A stretch of DNA of 64,000 nucleotides, taken from assembly GCF_018350175.1 (NCBI RefSeq), contig NC_058373.1, positions 116,438,001-116,502,000 of the forward strand, read 5' to 3'. Both the position numbers and the translations under genes were made by a program. The notes below the pieces were generated by a model, which saw nothing but the letters and a program-made list of their open reading frames with translations, was not told the origin of the DNA and ran no database searches. Source of the stretch: Felis catus (Eukaryota). Shown here piece after piece: positions 26,330 to 38,060 of this stretch. Position 1 is the stretch's first letter. Each line of letters begins with the position of its first letter.

Positions 26330-26620
26330 CCATAGGATCTCGTTGTTGGAGGGAAGCCCAGAGGCCCCTCTCCCGCCCAGGACGGGAATCTCTTCCAGAA
26401 CACACCCAACAGATGGCCTACGGGCCCCCGTGTGAACGCTCTTCACCTTCAAAGGGAGCTCCCAGGCCTCCTCTTCCTCTGCTGGTCAGATCTAAATGCA
26501 GAAAATTCTCTCTCATGTGGAGCCAAATTCTTCCTCCCTGTCAGGTCACCCGTCCGCCACCAATGTCTTCTCTCTGAGTCTTCTCTTCTCAAGGAAAGAC
26601 CATGAACCTTAGAGAGAGTA
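26330..26620 (-). mobile_element. CR1/L3 fragment
   Basis: 'agggagctccc..gcagaaaattctctctcatgtggagccaaattcttcctccctgt' resembles the antisense L3 3' region. Confidence 0.45.
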
Positions 26621-26644
26621 AGCATTAGGACATGGGATCACAGG

Positions 26645-26780
26645 GCCATCGTAAAAGTTACAGTGTTTTAAATATACCAATGGTCGCACACCAGTGTGAA
26701 TGTCCTTCATGCCACTGAGCGTAAATAGTTCAGATGATAGGTTTCGTGTTGTATGTGTCTTACCACAATTAAACACTTGA
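26645..26780 (+). mobile_element. L1MB-like 3' end fragment
   Basis: 'atggtcgcacaccagtgtgaatgtccttcatgccactgag..ttaccacaatt'. Confidence 0.7.
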
Positions 26781-27237
26781 AAAGTAATTTCAAAAAGATG
26801 CCAGCGATATGCTGTCCAGTTAAAATAACCTGTCATGGTGCTTTGAACTTTAAACATTGGTGGCTCTTCAAAATGACACTGGATTCTTGTTTTGCCTCTT
26901 TCTAACTCATTCTTGCGTTCATCTCAGAACATCGTCAGAGTTTACTCCCATGCCTCTGTCTTTCAGCCAGGGTCTCAGTTTATCTTTGGGAACCAGGTTT
27001 TTCTCTCTTTGTCTCCCTCTCAATCCTGATGGTTCACTGGATCATATAAAATTGCTTTTTTAAAAAAATCTAAATTAGTATCATTAGCTCAGTTATTTCA
27101 GGGCAAAAAATTATAATACTTTGAACCCCCAGTAGTCTCACGTTGCTCTAACACAGTTCTAGCAAAGGAAAGATCTTTAAAATGGTTGCATCTCAAAATG
27201 GTAAGATCTTAACCTTTACAAGAAGAGTTTCGTTTTT

Positions 27238-28312
27238 TTGTTTTTGGGTTTTTTTTTTTGGATTGGACACCTATATTATTTATTTTTATTTTCAATTCCA
27301 TTACAGCTAACATACAGTAATATTGGTTTCAGGTGTACAATATAGAGATTCAACAATTCCATACATCACCTCATGCTCATCACAACAAGTACACTCCTTA
27401 AATGGCATCCATATTTAAACACCAGGAATAGTTTTTGTTGTTGTTGTTTCAAGATTTTACTTAAATTCTAGTTGGTTAACATATAGTGTAATATTGGTTT
27501 CAAGAGGAGAATTTAGTGATTCATCACTTACATACAACACCCAGTGCTCATCATAACAAATGCCCTCCTTGATGCCATCACCTATTTAACCCATTCCCCA
27601 TCCACCTCCCTTCTAGTAAGCCTCCATTTATTCTCAATAGTTAAGGGTCTCTTATGGTTTGCCCTCCTCTCTCTTTTTTCCCTTCCCCTATGTTCATATG
27701 CTTTGTTTCCCAAATTCCACATATGAGTGAAGTCATGGTATTTGTATTTTTCTGACTTATTTCTCTTAGTATAATACTCCCTAGCTTTATTCACATCATT
27801 GCAAATGGCAAGATTTTATTCTCTTTGATTGCTGAGTAATATTCCATTGTATATATACCATATCTCCTTTATCCATTTATCAGTCCGTGGACTTTTGGAC
27901 TCTTTCCAACTTTGTTTTCCTCTTTCTTTTTTTTTTAACTTGTTTTCTTTTTTATTTTTTTAAATTTACATCCAAATTAGTTAGCATATAGTGCAACAAT
28001 GATTTCAGGGGTAGATTCCTTAGTGCCCCTTACCCATTTAGCCCATCCCCCTCCCACACCCCCTCCATTAACCCTCTGTTTGTTCTCCATATTTATGAGT
28101 CTCTTATGTTTTGTCCCCCTCCCTGTTTTTATATTATTTTTGCTTCCCTTCCCTTATGTTCATCTGTTTTGTCTCTTAAAGTCCTCATATGAGTGAAGCC
28201 GTATGATATTTGTCTTTCTCTGACTAATTTCACTTAGCATAATACCTCCAGTTCCATCCACATAGTTACAAATGGCAAGATTTCATTCTTTTTGATTGCC
28301 AAGTAATACCCC

Positions 28313-28363
<51 letters not shown>

Positions 28364-28605
28364 GTATCACATCTTCTTTATCCATTCATCCATCGATGGA
28401 CATTTGGGCTCTTTCCATACTTAGGCTATTGTTGATAGTGCTGCTATAAACATGGGGGTGCATGTGTCCCTTCAAAACAGCATCCCTGTATCCCTTGGAT
28501 AAATACCCAGTAGTGCAATTGCTGGGTCATAGGGTAGTTCTATTTTTAGTTTTTTGAGGAACCTCCTTACTGTTTTCCAGAGTGGCTGCACCAGCTTGCA
28601 TTCCC
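27238..28605 (-). mobile_element. Three stacked carnivore L1 3' ends (~27280-27410, ~27430-27910, ~27910-28605)
   Basis: Three successive antisense L1 3' UTR starts ('..taacatacagt', '..taacatatagtg', '..tagcatatagtg'); outer direct repeat gagtttc(g/a)ttttt. Confidence 0.88.
28315..28365. repeat. (TG)n microsatellite
   Basis: Directly visible. Confidence 0.97.
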
Positions 28606-28798
28606 AAGGAGTTTCATTTTTAAGAGAAGAGTCTCAGAGAACACTCACAACCCAAAGGAATCAGTGATACTAGCGAAGTTTTTAACTGTTTCATCTTGCT
28701 AATTCACTAACCAGTTATCTGGGTATGAGACTAGCGTCGATGATGGTGTGTTGAAATTTTTGATTTTCAAGAGATGTTTACTATTACATTTTCTTGCT

Positions 28799-28970
28799 GG
28801 GTGCGCCTGGGTGGCTCAGTCAGTAGAGCGCCCAACTCTTGATCTCAGGGTCATGAGTTTGAGCCCTGAGTTGGGCGTAGAATTTACTTAAAAAATTTAT
28901 TTTAATTTAAAAAGTTTCGGGGCACCCAGGTGGCACTCTGCCTTTCAAAAATAAATAAATATTAAAAACA
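28799..28970 (+). mobile_element. Short CAN-SINE plus an internally deleted SINE remnant
   Basis: Head at 28799; second head at ~28919 joined directly to the tail 'ctctgcctttcaaaaataaataaat'. Confidence 0.8.
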
Positions 28971-29162
28971 ATAATTTCTTTTTTCTTGCCAAGGAGTGAA
29001 CCTTAGTTTTTCTCCAGGGACGAAATCTGTCATGACCACTGCTCATCAAACAGGCCAATCCCTGTTGTGCTGTTCCTGCCCCAGCAGTCATGACCTTGAG
29101 TCTATGGGGTCCTTCTGTGCCCCCACCAACCTCAGCCTCATTAGTTCTATGGCAGCTGTTTT

Positions 29163-29386
29163 ATTTTTATTATTATTTTTTAATGTGTTTTTAGTTTTGA
29201 GAGAGGGAGAGAAGCAGAGCGTAAGTGGGGGAGGGGCAGAGAGCGAGGAAGACATGGAATCAGAAGTAGGCGCCAGGCTCTGAACTGTCAGCACAGAGCC
29301 CCCTGTGGGGCTGGAACCCACACACCGTGAGATGGTGACCTGAGCCAAAGTCAGACGCCCAACCAACTGAGCCACCCAGGCGCCCC
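29163..29386 (-). mobile_element. CAN-SINE
   Basis: TSD tggcagctgtttt at 29150-29162 and 29389-29401. Confidence 0.93.
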
Positions 29387-29774
29387 TGTGGCAGCTGTTT
29401 TAGCCACGGCCTCAGGAATGCGTGTTGTTTGTCATTTATAGCTACAGATAATTTGAGTGAGGTGGGATCAACTAGAGGACATCTAACATCTCAATTGACC
29501 CCAAGTTGACAGAGCATTTTAAAATGGAAGGCTTTCAATCACGTCGGCACTGCATCAGTCTCTTTGATGTTAAAGTCTGCTGTGAAAAGTACTGATTTTT
29601 TAATCTGATATAATAGTTTGACGACTTACTCCTTTATAGTTTCCCTCCCCCTTTAAAATCTAATGTTTGCACCTCGGAGTGCACCTCAGAATGTGATTTT
29701 CCCCTAAAAATTTATATTTCCTTAAGTTTTATAATATTTGTAATAAATCTTGATTCTTTCCAAAACCACATTCT

Positions 29775-29978
29775 TTTTTTTTTTAATATGTATTTATTTT
29801 TTGAGAGAGAGCGTGAGCAGGGGAGAGGCAGAGGGAGAGGGAGACACAGAATCTGAAGCAGGCTCCAGGCTCCGAGCTGTCAACTCAGAGCCCGACGCGG
29901 GGCTCCAACTCACAAAATGTGAGATCGTGACCTGAGCCAAAGTCGGACACTTAACCTACTGAGCCACCCAGGCGCTCC
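29775..29978 (-). mobile_element. CAN-SINE
   Basis: TSD aaacca(c/t)attctt. Confidence 0.93.
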
Positions 29979-30154
29979 TAAACCATATTCTTAAAATACA
30001 TCATACCTAGATCACTTCCCTGTGAGATCTGTGCAAGTGGTGTGTTTTTAAAAAATGGTTTGAAAACAAATTTTGACTTCTGATAATGGCAGAGCAGCTT
30101 GTTTGGACAAACCCTCTCATAAATTATAATGATATAACTATTTAAATAATGTTT

Positions 30155-30375
30155 GGGGCACCTGGGTGACTCATTCGGTTGAGCATCCAACTCTTGATTT
30201 CGGCTCAGATCATGATGTCACAGTTTCTTAGGTTTGAGCCCCATGTTGGTCTCTGGGCTGATGGGGCAGAGCCTGCTTGAGAGTCTGTCTCCCTCTCTCT
30301 CTGCCCTTCCCCCGCTAGCACTCTCTCTGTTTCTCTGAAAATAAAAAATAATAAGGAAAATAAGATAATATTCAA
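30155..30375 (+). mobile_element. CAN-SINE
   Basis: Head, body and tail. Confidence 0.9.
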
Positions 30376-30389
30376 AATAAACAAATTGT

Positions 30390-30590
30390 GGGGCACCTGG
30401 GTGGCTCAGTCAGTGATAGCCTCCGACTTTGGCTCAGATCATGATCTTGTGGTCCATGGGTTCAAGCCCCTTGTCGGGTTCTGTGCTGACAGCTCGGAGC
30501 CTGGAGCCTGCTTTGGATTCTATGTCTCCCTCTCCCCCCCCCCACCTCTTTCTCCCTCTCAAAAATACATATACATTAAAAAAATTTTTA
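30390..30590 (+). mobile_element. CAN-SINE
   Basis: Head, body and tail. Confidence 0.9.
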
Positions 30591-30843
30591 ATAAATTGCA
30601 TACATACAAAATAGTCCTTTGAAAGTAAGCAAAGTGGAGAGAAGTCTGGCCTTAAAAGTAGAAAGTGGACCTTGAGATTTGCATGTTTGCCAGAGCAACC
30701 CACGTCTTGAGTTGTTGGTGGAGAGTCAGGCTGGCAGAAGAGCCAGAAATGGGGCGTGGGGGTGGGATCTAGAAGGGAATAAACTATAGAAGGTATGAGA
30801 CTCAAAATCTATCTAAAACATTCACTCCATTTCTTGACTGACC

Positions 30844-31008
30844 AGAAAAAAGAAAAAAGAAAAGAAAAGAAAAGAAAAGAAAAGAAAAGAGAGGAGAGGA
30901 GGAAGGAAGGAAGGAAGGAAGGAAGGAAGGAAGGAAGGAAGGAAGGAAGGAAGGAAGGAAAAGGAAGAAGGAAGGAAAAGAAGGGAAGGAAGAAGGGAAA
31001 GAGAAAAG
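30844..31008. repeat. Polypurine (GAAAA)n/(GGAA)n microsatellite
   Basis: 165 nt with no pyrimidine on the + strand. Confidence 0.97.
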
Positions 31009-31944
31009 CAAAAGATTTTTTAAAAAATTGAAGAATGAAAGGAAGAACAGAAAAGCTGGAAGCTGAAAGAACTGAGCAGAGTTCAACTGCTGTTGAATGC
31101 AGAAAAAGGGAGTTTGGAATTTGAGTCAAGCCAAGCTAATAAAGATTACTTTTCTAAGGAACCTAACAGAATCTAGAGTCTCCACATTGTACCTTTCACT
31201 ATAACCAGCATACAATTAAAAACCACTAGATATGCAAAGTAATAGAAAAATGTAACCCATACTCAGGGCAAAAAAAGGAACCCTGAGATTATCTAAATGT
31301 TGTTACACTAAGTAGATAGGACTTTACGGCAACCATTATAAATATATTCAAGTACATAAGGGAATGAATGGCTTACAGGAAGTTAACAGAATGGGGGAAA
31401 TCACAGCAGAGACATAGAAAGTATAAAAACAGCACCAAAAGAAAATTGTAGAGCTGAAAATTACAATAACTGAAATAAAAATTCATTGGATGCCTTTTTT
31501 TTTTTTTTTACCTTGTACCCGATTTTCACTTCTGATTATTTATCACAGTACATAAAGTTCAAATCAGCTAACCAAACCATCATCTTTAAATTCTGGCTTA
31601 ATATAATTGTAAGTACTTACATTTATATTTTGCACCATGTAACTCTGGAGATGGTGGAACTTGTCCTAGTCATATATAAACTTTGAATTGTCTACTTAGA
31701 TGTAGAACTCTGAACCATGTGTCCCTAGCACTTCAAAAAATTCTTTTTAAATTTTTTGTTACCTTGATAATTTCCTAACCTCCTGACTGTCATCTTCTGC
31801 AAATTTTGTGCATTACTCATTCATTTTGCCTAAGCTTAGGATAACAGAAAGGTCATAGTATAAAGAGAGAAATGCATTTGTGGTTGGGATTTGGCCTGTA
31901 TTTATTTTAGAGCATTTGAGGCAATGGAAGATTTTTTTTCCTTA

Positions 31945-32009
31945 AAAAAATTTTTTTAATGTTTATTTATTTTTCAGAGAGACAGAGACAGTGAGCAAGC
32001 GGGAAAGGA

Positions 32010-32049
<40 letters not shown>

Positions 32050-32221
32050 TACGTGAGTTGGGGAGGGGCAGAGAGAGAGAGAGGGAGACACAGAATCTCA
32101 AGCAGGCTCCAGGCTCTGAGCTGTCAGCACAGAGCCCGACGTGCGGCTCCAACCCATGAGCCTTGAGATCATGACCTGAGCTGAAGTCAGACACCTAACC
32201 AACTGAACCACCCAGGTGCTC
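31945..32221 (-). mobile_element. CAN-SINE with expanded (AG)n
   Basis: Antisense body inserted in a T-tract. Confidence 0.92.
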
Positions 32222-33310
32222 TTTTTTTTCTTTTTAGATCTAGAGACATCAGGATAACAGGAGTCTCTTTCTTTCCTTTGACCCCCTTTATGCATTCCTG
32301 TCACCCCCACCCCCTGCTTCATGGCAACCACCACTCTGTTCTCTATGTCTGTGAACTTGTTTTTTGTTGTGTTGTGTTTGTTTGTTTGTTTGAGTCCACA
32401 TATAAGAGAGATTACATGGTACTTGTCTTTCTCTGCCTGACTTAGCCCTCAAGGTCCATCCATGTTGCAAATGGCAAATTCCATTCTATTTTATGGCTGA
32501 GTAACATTCCATTGTATATGTATATCACATCTTCTTTATCCATTCATCTATAAGTGGACACTTGGGCTGTGTCCATATCTTGGCTATTGTAAATAATTCT
32601 TCAGTGAACATGGGGATACATATATCTTTTTAAGTTAGTATTTTTGTTTTCTTTAGATAAATACCCAAAAGTGAAATTGCTGAATCATAGAATAGTTCTA
32701 TTAATTTTTTTGAGGAACTCCCACACTGTTTTCCATATTGGCTGTACCAGTTTTTATTCCCACAACAGTACACAGGGTTCCCTTTTCTCCATATCCTCAC
32801 CAGCACTTATCTCTTGTCTTTTTGATAACAGTCAAAAAGGTGTGAGATGATATCTCATTGTGGTTTTTATTTCCATTTCCTGTTAATTAATTATGTTGAG
32901 CATCTTTTCATGTACCTCTTGGCTACTTGTATGTCTTCCTTGGAAAGATGTCTATTCAGGTCCTTTGCCTGCTTTTTAATCAGATTGTTTGGTCTTTGGG
33001 GCTATTGGATTATATAAGTTATTTATATATTTTGTTTTGTTTTGTTTTGTTTTTTTGGTTTGTCTGTGAAAGGGTCTTTTTTTTTTAAATACATGAAATT
33101 TATTGTCAAATTGGTTTCCATACAACACCCAGTGCTCATCCCAACAGGTGCCCTCCTCAATACCCACCACCCACCCTCCCCTCCCTCCCACCCCCTATCA
33201 GCCCTCAGTTTGCTCTCAGTTTTTAAGAGTCTCTTATGCTTTGGCTCTGTCCCACTCTAACCTCTTTTTTTTTTTTCCTTCCCCTACCCCATGGGTTCCT
33301 GTTAAGTTTC

Positions 33311-36300
33311 TCAGGATCCACATAAGAGTGAACACATATGGTATCTGTCTTTCTCTGTATGGCTTATTTCACTCAGCATCACACTCTCCAGTTCCATCCA
33401 CGTTGCTACAAAGGGCCATATTTCATTCTTTCTCATTGCCACGTAGCACTCCATTGTGTATATAAACCACAATTTCTTTATCCATTCATCAGTTGATGGA
33501 CATTTAGACTCTTTCCATAATTTGGCTATTGTTGAGAGTGCTGTTATAAACATTGGGTACAAGTGCCCCTATGTATCAGTACTCCTGTATCCCTTGGGTA
33601 AATTCCTAGCAGTGCTACTGTTGGGTCATAGGGTAGGTCTATTTTTAATTTTTTGAGGAACCTCCACACTGTTTTCCAGAATGGCTGCACCAGTTTACAT
33701 TCCCACCAACAGTGCAGGAGGGTTCCCGTTTCTCCACATCCTCTCCAGAATCTATAGTCTCCTAATTTGTTCATTTTGGCCACTCTGACTGGCATGAGGT
33801 GATATGTGAGTGTGGTTTTGATTTGTATTTCCCTGATGAGGAGCGATGTTGAGCATCTTTTCATGTGCCTGTTGGCCATCCGGATGTCTTCTTTAGAGAA
33901 GTGTCTATTCATGTTTTCTGCCCATTTCTTCACTGGGTTATTTGTTTTTCGGGTGTGGAGTTTGGTGAGCTGTTTATAGATTTTGGATACTAGCCCTTTG
34001 TCCGATATGTCATTTGCAAATATCTTTTCCCATTCCGTTGGTTGCCTTTTAGTTTTGTTGATTGTTTCCTTTGCTGTGCCGAAGCTTTTTATCTTCATGA
34101 GGTCCCAATAGTTCATTTTTGCTTTTAATTCCCTTGCCTTTGGGAATGTGTCAAGTAAGAAATTGCTACGACTGAAGTCAGAGAGGTCTTTTCCTGCTTT
34201 CTCCTCTAGGGTTTCGATGGTTTCCTGTCTCACATTCAAGTCCTTTATCCATTTTGAGTTTGTTTTTGTGAATGGTGTAAGAAAGTGATCTAGTTTCATC
34301 CTTCTGCATGTTGCTGTCCAGTTCTCCCAGCACCCTTTGTTAAAGAGGCTGTCTTTTTTCCATTGGATGTTCTTTCCTGCTTTGTCAAAGATGAGTTGGC
34401 CATACGTTTGTGGGTCTAGTTCTGGGGTTTCTATTCTATTCCATTGGTCTATGTGTCTGTTTTTGTGCCAATACCATGCTGTCTTGATGATGACAGCTTT
34501 GTAATAGAGGCTAAAGTCTGGGATTGTGATGCCTCCTGCTTTGGTCTTCTTCTTCAAAATTACTTTGGCTATTTGGGGCCTTTTGTGGTTCCATATGAAT
34601 TTTAGGATTGCTTGTTCTAGCTTCGAGAAGAATGCTGGTACAATTTTGATTGGGATTGCATTGAATGTGTAGATAGCTTTGGGTAGTATTGACATTTTGA
34701 CAATATTTATTCTTCCAACCCATGAGCACGGAATGTTTTTCCATTTCTTTATATCTTCTTCAATTTCCTTCATAAGCTTTCTATAGTTTTCAGCATACAG
34801 ATCTTTTACATCTTTGGTTAGATTTATTCCTAGGTATTTTATGCTTCTTGGTGCAGTTGTGAATGGGATCAGTTTCTTTATTTGTCTTTCTGTTGCTTCA
34901 TTATTAGTGTATAAGAATGCAACTGATTTCTGTACATTGATTTTGTATCCTGCAACTTTGGTGAATTCATGTATCAGTTCTAGCAGACTTTTGGTGGAAT
35001 CTATTGGATTTTCCATGTATAATATCATGTCATCTGCAAAAAGCAAAAGCTTGACTTCATCTTTGCCAATTTTGATGCCTTTGATTTCCTTTTGTTGTCT
35101 GATTGCTGATGGTAGCACTTCCAACACTATGTTAAACAACAGCGGTGAGAGTGGACATCCCTGTGCTGTTCCTGATCTTAGGGAAAAAGCTCTCAGTTTT
35201 TCCCCATTGAGGATGATGTTAGCTCTGGGCTTTTCATAAATGGCTTTTATGATGTTTAAGTTCCTTCTATCCCGACTTTCTCCAGGGTTTTTATTAAGAA
35301 AGGATGCTGAATTGTGTCAAATGCTTTTTCTGCATCGATTGACAGGGTCATATGGTTCTTTTCTTTTATTAATGTGATGCATCATGTTGATGGATTTGTA
35401 AATGTTGAACCAGCCCTGCATCCCAGGAATGAATCCCACTTGATCATGGTGAATAATTCTTTTTACACGCTGTTGAATTTGATTTGCTAGTATCTTATTG
35501 AGAATTTTTGCATCCATATTCATCAGGGATATTGGCCTGTAGTTCTCTTTTTTTTTCTGGGTCTCTGTCTAGTTTAGGAATCAAAGTAATACTGGCTTAA
35601 AAGAATGAGTCTGGAAGTATTCCTTCCTTTCTATTTTTTGGAATAGCTTGAGAAGGATAGGTATTATCTCTGCTTTAAACGTCTGGTAGAACTCCCCTGG
35701 GAAGCCATCTGGTCCTGGGCTCTTATTTGTTGGGAGATTTTTGATAACTGACTCAATTTCTTCGCTGGTTATGGGTCTGTTCAAGCTTTCTATTTCCTCC
35801 TGATTGAGTTTTGGAAGAGTGTGGGTGTTTAGGAATTTGTCCATTTCTTCCAGGTTGTCCAGTTTGTTGGCATATAGTTTTTCATAGTATTCCCTGAATT
35901 TGCTTGTATTTTTGAGGGATTGGTTGTAATAATCCATTTTCATTAATGATTTTATCTATTTGGGTCATCTCCCTTTTGTTTTGGGGAAGCCTGGCTAGAG
36001 GTTTATCCATTTTGTTTATTTTTTCAAAAAACCAACTCTTGGTTTCATTGATCTGCTCTACAGTTTTTTTAGATTCTATATTGTTTATTTCTGCTCTGAT
36101 CTTTATTATTTCTCTTCTTCTGCTGGGTTTAGGGTGTCTTTGCTCTTCTGCTTCTATTTCCTTTAGGTATTCTGTTAGATTTTGTATTTGGGATTTTTCT
36201 TGTTTCTTGAGATAGGCCTGGATTGCAATGTATTTTCCTCTCAGGACTGCCTTTGCTGCTTCCCAAAGCGTTTGGATTGTTGTATATTCATTTTCGTTTG

Positions 36301-37120
36301 TTTCCATATATTTTTAAATTTCTTCTCTAATTGCCTGGTTGACCCATTCATTCTTCAGTAGGGTGTTCTTTAACCTCCATGCTTTCGGAGGTTTTCCAGA
36401 CTTTTTCCTATGGTTGATTTCAAGCTTCATAGCATTGTGGTCTGAAAGTATGCATGGTATGATCTCAATTCCTGTATACTTATGAAGGGCTGTTTTGTGA
36501 CCCAGAATGTGATCTATCTTGGAAAATGTTCCATGTGCACTCGAGAAGAAAGTATATTCTGTTGCTTTGGGATGCAGAGTTCTAAATATCTGTCAAATCC
36601 ATCTGATCCAATGTATCATTCAGGGCCCTTGTTTCTTTATTGGCCATGTGTCTACATGATCTATCCATTTTTGTAAGTGGGGTGTTGAAGTCCCCTGTAA
36701 TTACCACATTGTTATCAATAAGGTTGCTTATTTTTGTGAGTAATTGTTTTATATATTTGGGGGCTCCTGTATTTGGTGCATAGACATTTATAATTGTTAG
36801 CCCATCCTGATGGATAGACCCTGTAATTATTATATAATTCCCTTCTTCATCTCTTGTTACAGCCTTTAATTTAAAGTCTAGTTTGTCTGATATAAGTATG
36901 GCTACTCCAGCTCTCTTTTGACTTCCAGTAGCATGATAAATAGTTCTCCATCCCCTCACTGTCAATCTGAAGGTGTCCTCAGGTCTAAAAGGAGTCTCTT
37001 GTAGACAGCAAATAGATGGGTCTTGTTTTTTATCCATTCTGATACCCTATATCTTTTGGTTGACGCATTTAGTCCATTTACATTCAGTGTTATTATAGAA
37101 AGATATGAGTCTGGAGTCAT
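33311..37120 (-). pseudogene. L1 ORF2 (APE endonuclease, reverse transcriptase, C-terminal Cys-rich domain), frameshifted
   Basis: Fragments in different frames: SIITLNVNGLN (36962-37174), ICCLQET..GDFNTPL (36582-37037), 35882-36307, PGPDGF (35581-35943), [10 protein letters not shown] (35317-35523), 531-aa fragment with LFADDMI (33544-35139), C-terminus (33311-33562). Confidence 0.95.
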
Positions 37121-37170
37121 TGTGATGTCTCTAGGTTTCATGCTTGTAGCGATGTCTCTGGTACTTTGTC

Positions 37171-38060
37171 TCACGGGATCCCCCTTAGGATCTCTTGTAG
37201 TGCTGGTTTAGTGGTGATGAATTCCTTCAGTTTTTGTTTGTTTGGGAAGACCTTTATCTCTCCTTCTATTCTAAATGACAGATTTGCTAGATAAAGGATT
37301 CTTGGGCGCATATTTTTTCTGTTCATCACATTGAAGATTTCCTGCCATTCCTTTCTGGACTATCAAGTTTCAGTAGGGAGATCCATCACGAGTCTTATCG
37401 GTCTCCCTTTATATGTTAGAGCACGTTTATCCCTAGCTGCTTTCAGAATTTTCTCTTTATCCTTGTATTTTGCCAGTTTCACTATGATACGTCATGCAGA
37501 AGATCGATTCAAGTTACGTCTGAAGGGAATTCTCTGTGCCTCTTGGATTTCAATGCCTTTTTCCTTCCCCAGATCAGGGAAGTTCTCAGCTATTATTTCT
37601 TCAAGTACCCCTTCAGCACCTTTCCCTCTCTCTTCCTCCTCTGGAATACCAATTATGCGTATATTATTTCTCTTTAGTGCATCACTTAGTTCTCTAATTT
37701 TCCCCTCATACTCCTGGATTTTTTTATCTCTTTCTCAGCTTCCTCTTTTTCCATAATTTTATCTTCCAGTTCACCTAGTCTCTCCTCTGCCTCTTCAATC
37801 TGAGCTGTGGTTGTCTCCATTTTATTTTGTAGCTCATTTATAGCATTTTTTAGCTCCTCCTGGCTGTTCCTTAGTCCCTTGATCTCTGTAGCAATAGATT
37901 CTCTGCTGTCCTGTATACTGTTTTCAAGCCCAGCAATTAATTTTATGACTATTATTCTAAATTCACTTTCTGTTATATTGTTTAAATCCTTTTTGATCAG
38001 TTCGTTAGCTGTCATTATTTCCTGGAGATTCTTTTGAGGGGAATTCTTCCATTTCATCAT
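37171..38060 (-). pseudogene. L1 ORF1 (coiled-coil/RNA-binding protein), frameshifted
   Basis: MMKWKNSPQK..ELKNAINELQNKME..EEAEERLGELED coiled coil; frame lost near 37730; C-terminus LQEILRGIP* ends at 37171. Confidence 0.88.

Larger units (their letters stand above)
30074..31497 (+). mobile_element. Ancient L1M 5' region/ORF1 (left part)
   Basis: 'gacttctgataatggcagagcagcttg' resembles an L1M 5' end; ORF1-like 'gaaaattgtagagctgaaaattacaataactgaaataaaaattcattggatg'. Confidence 0.65.
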
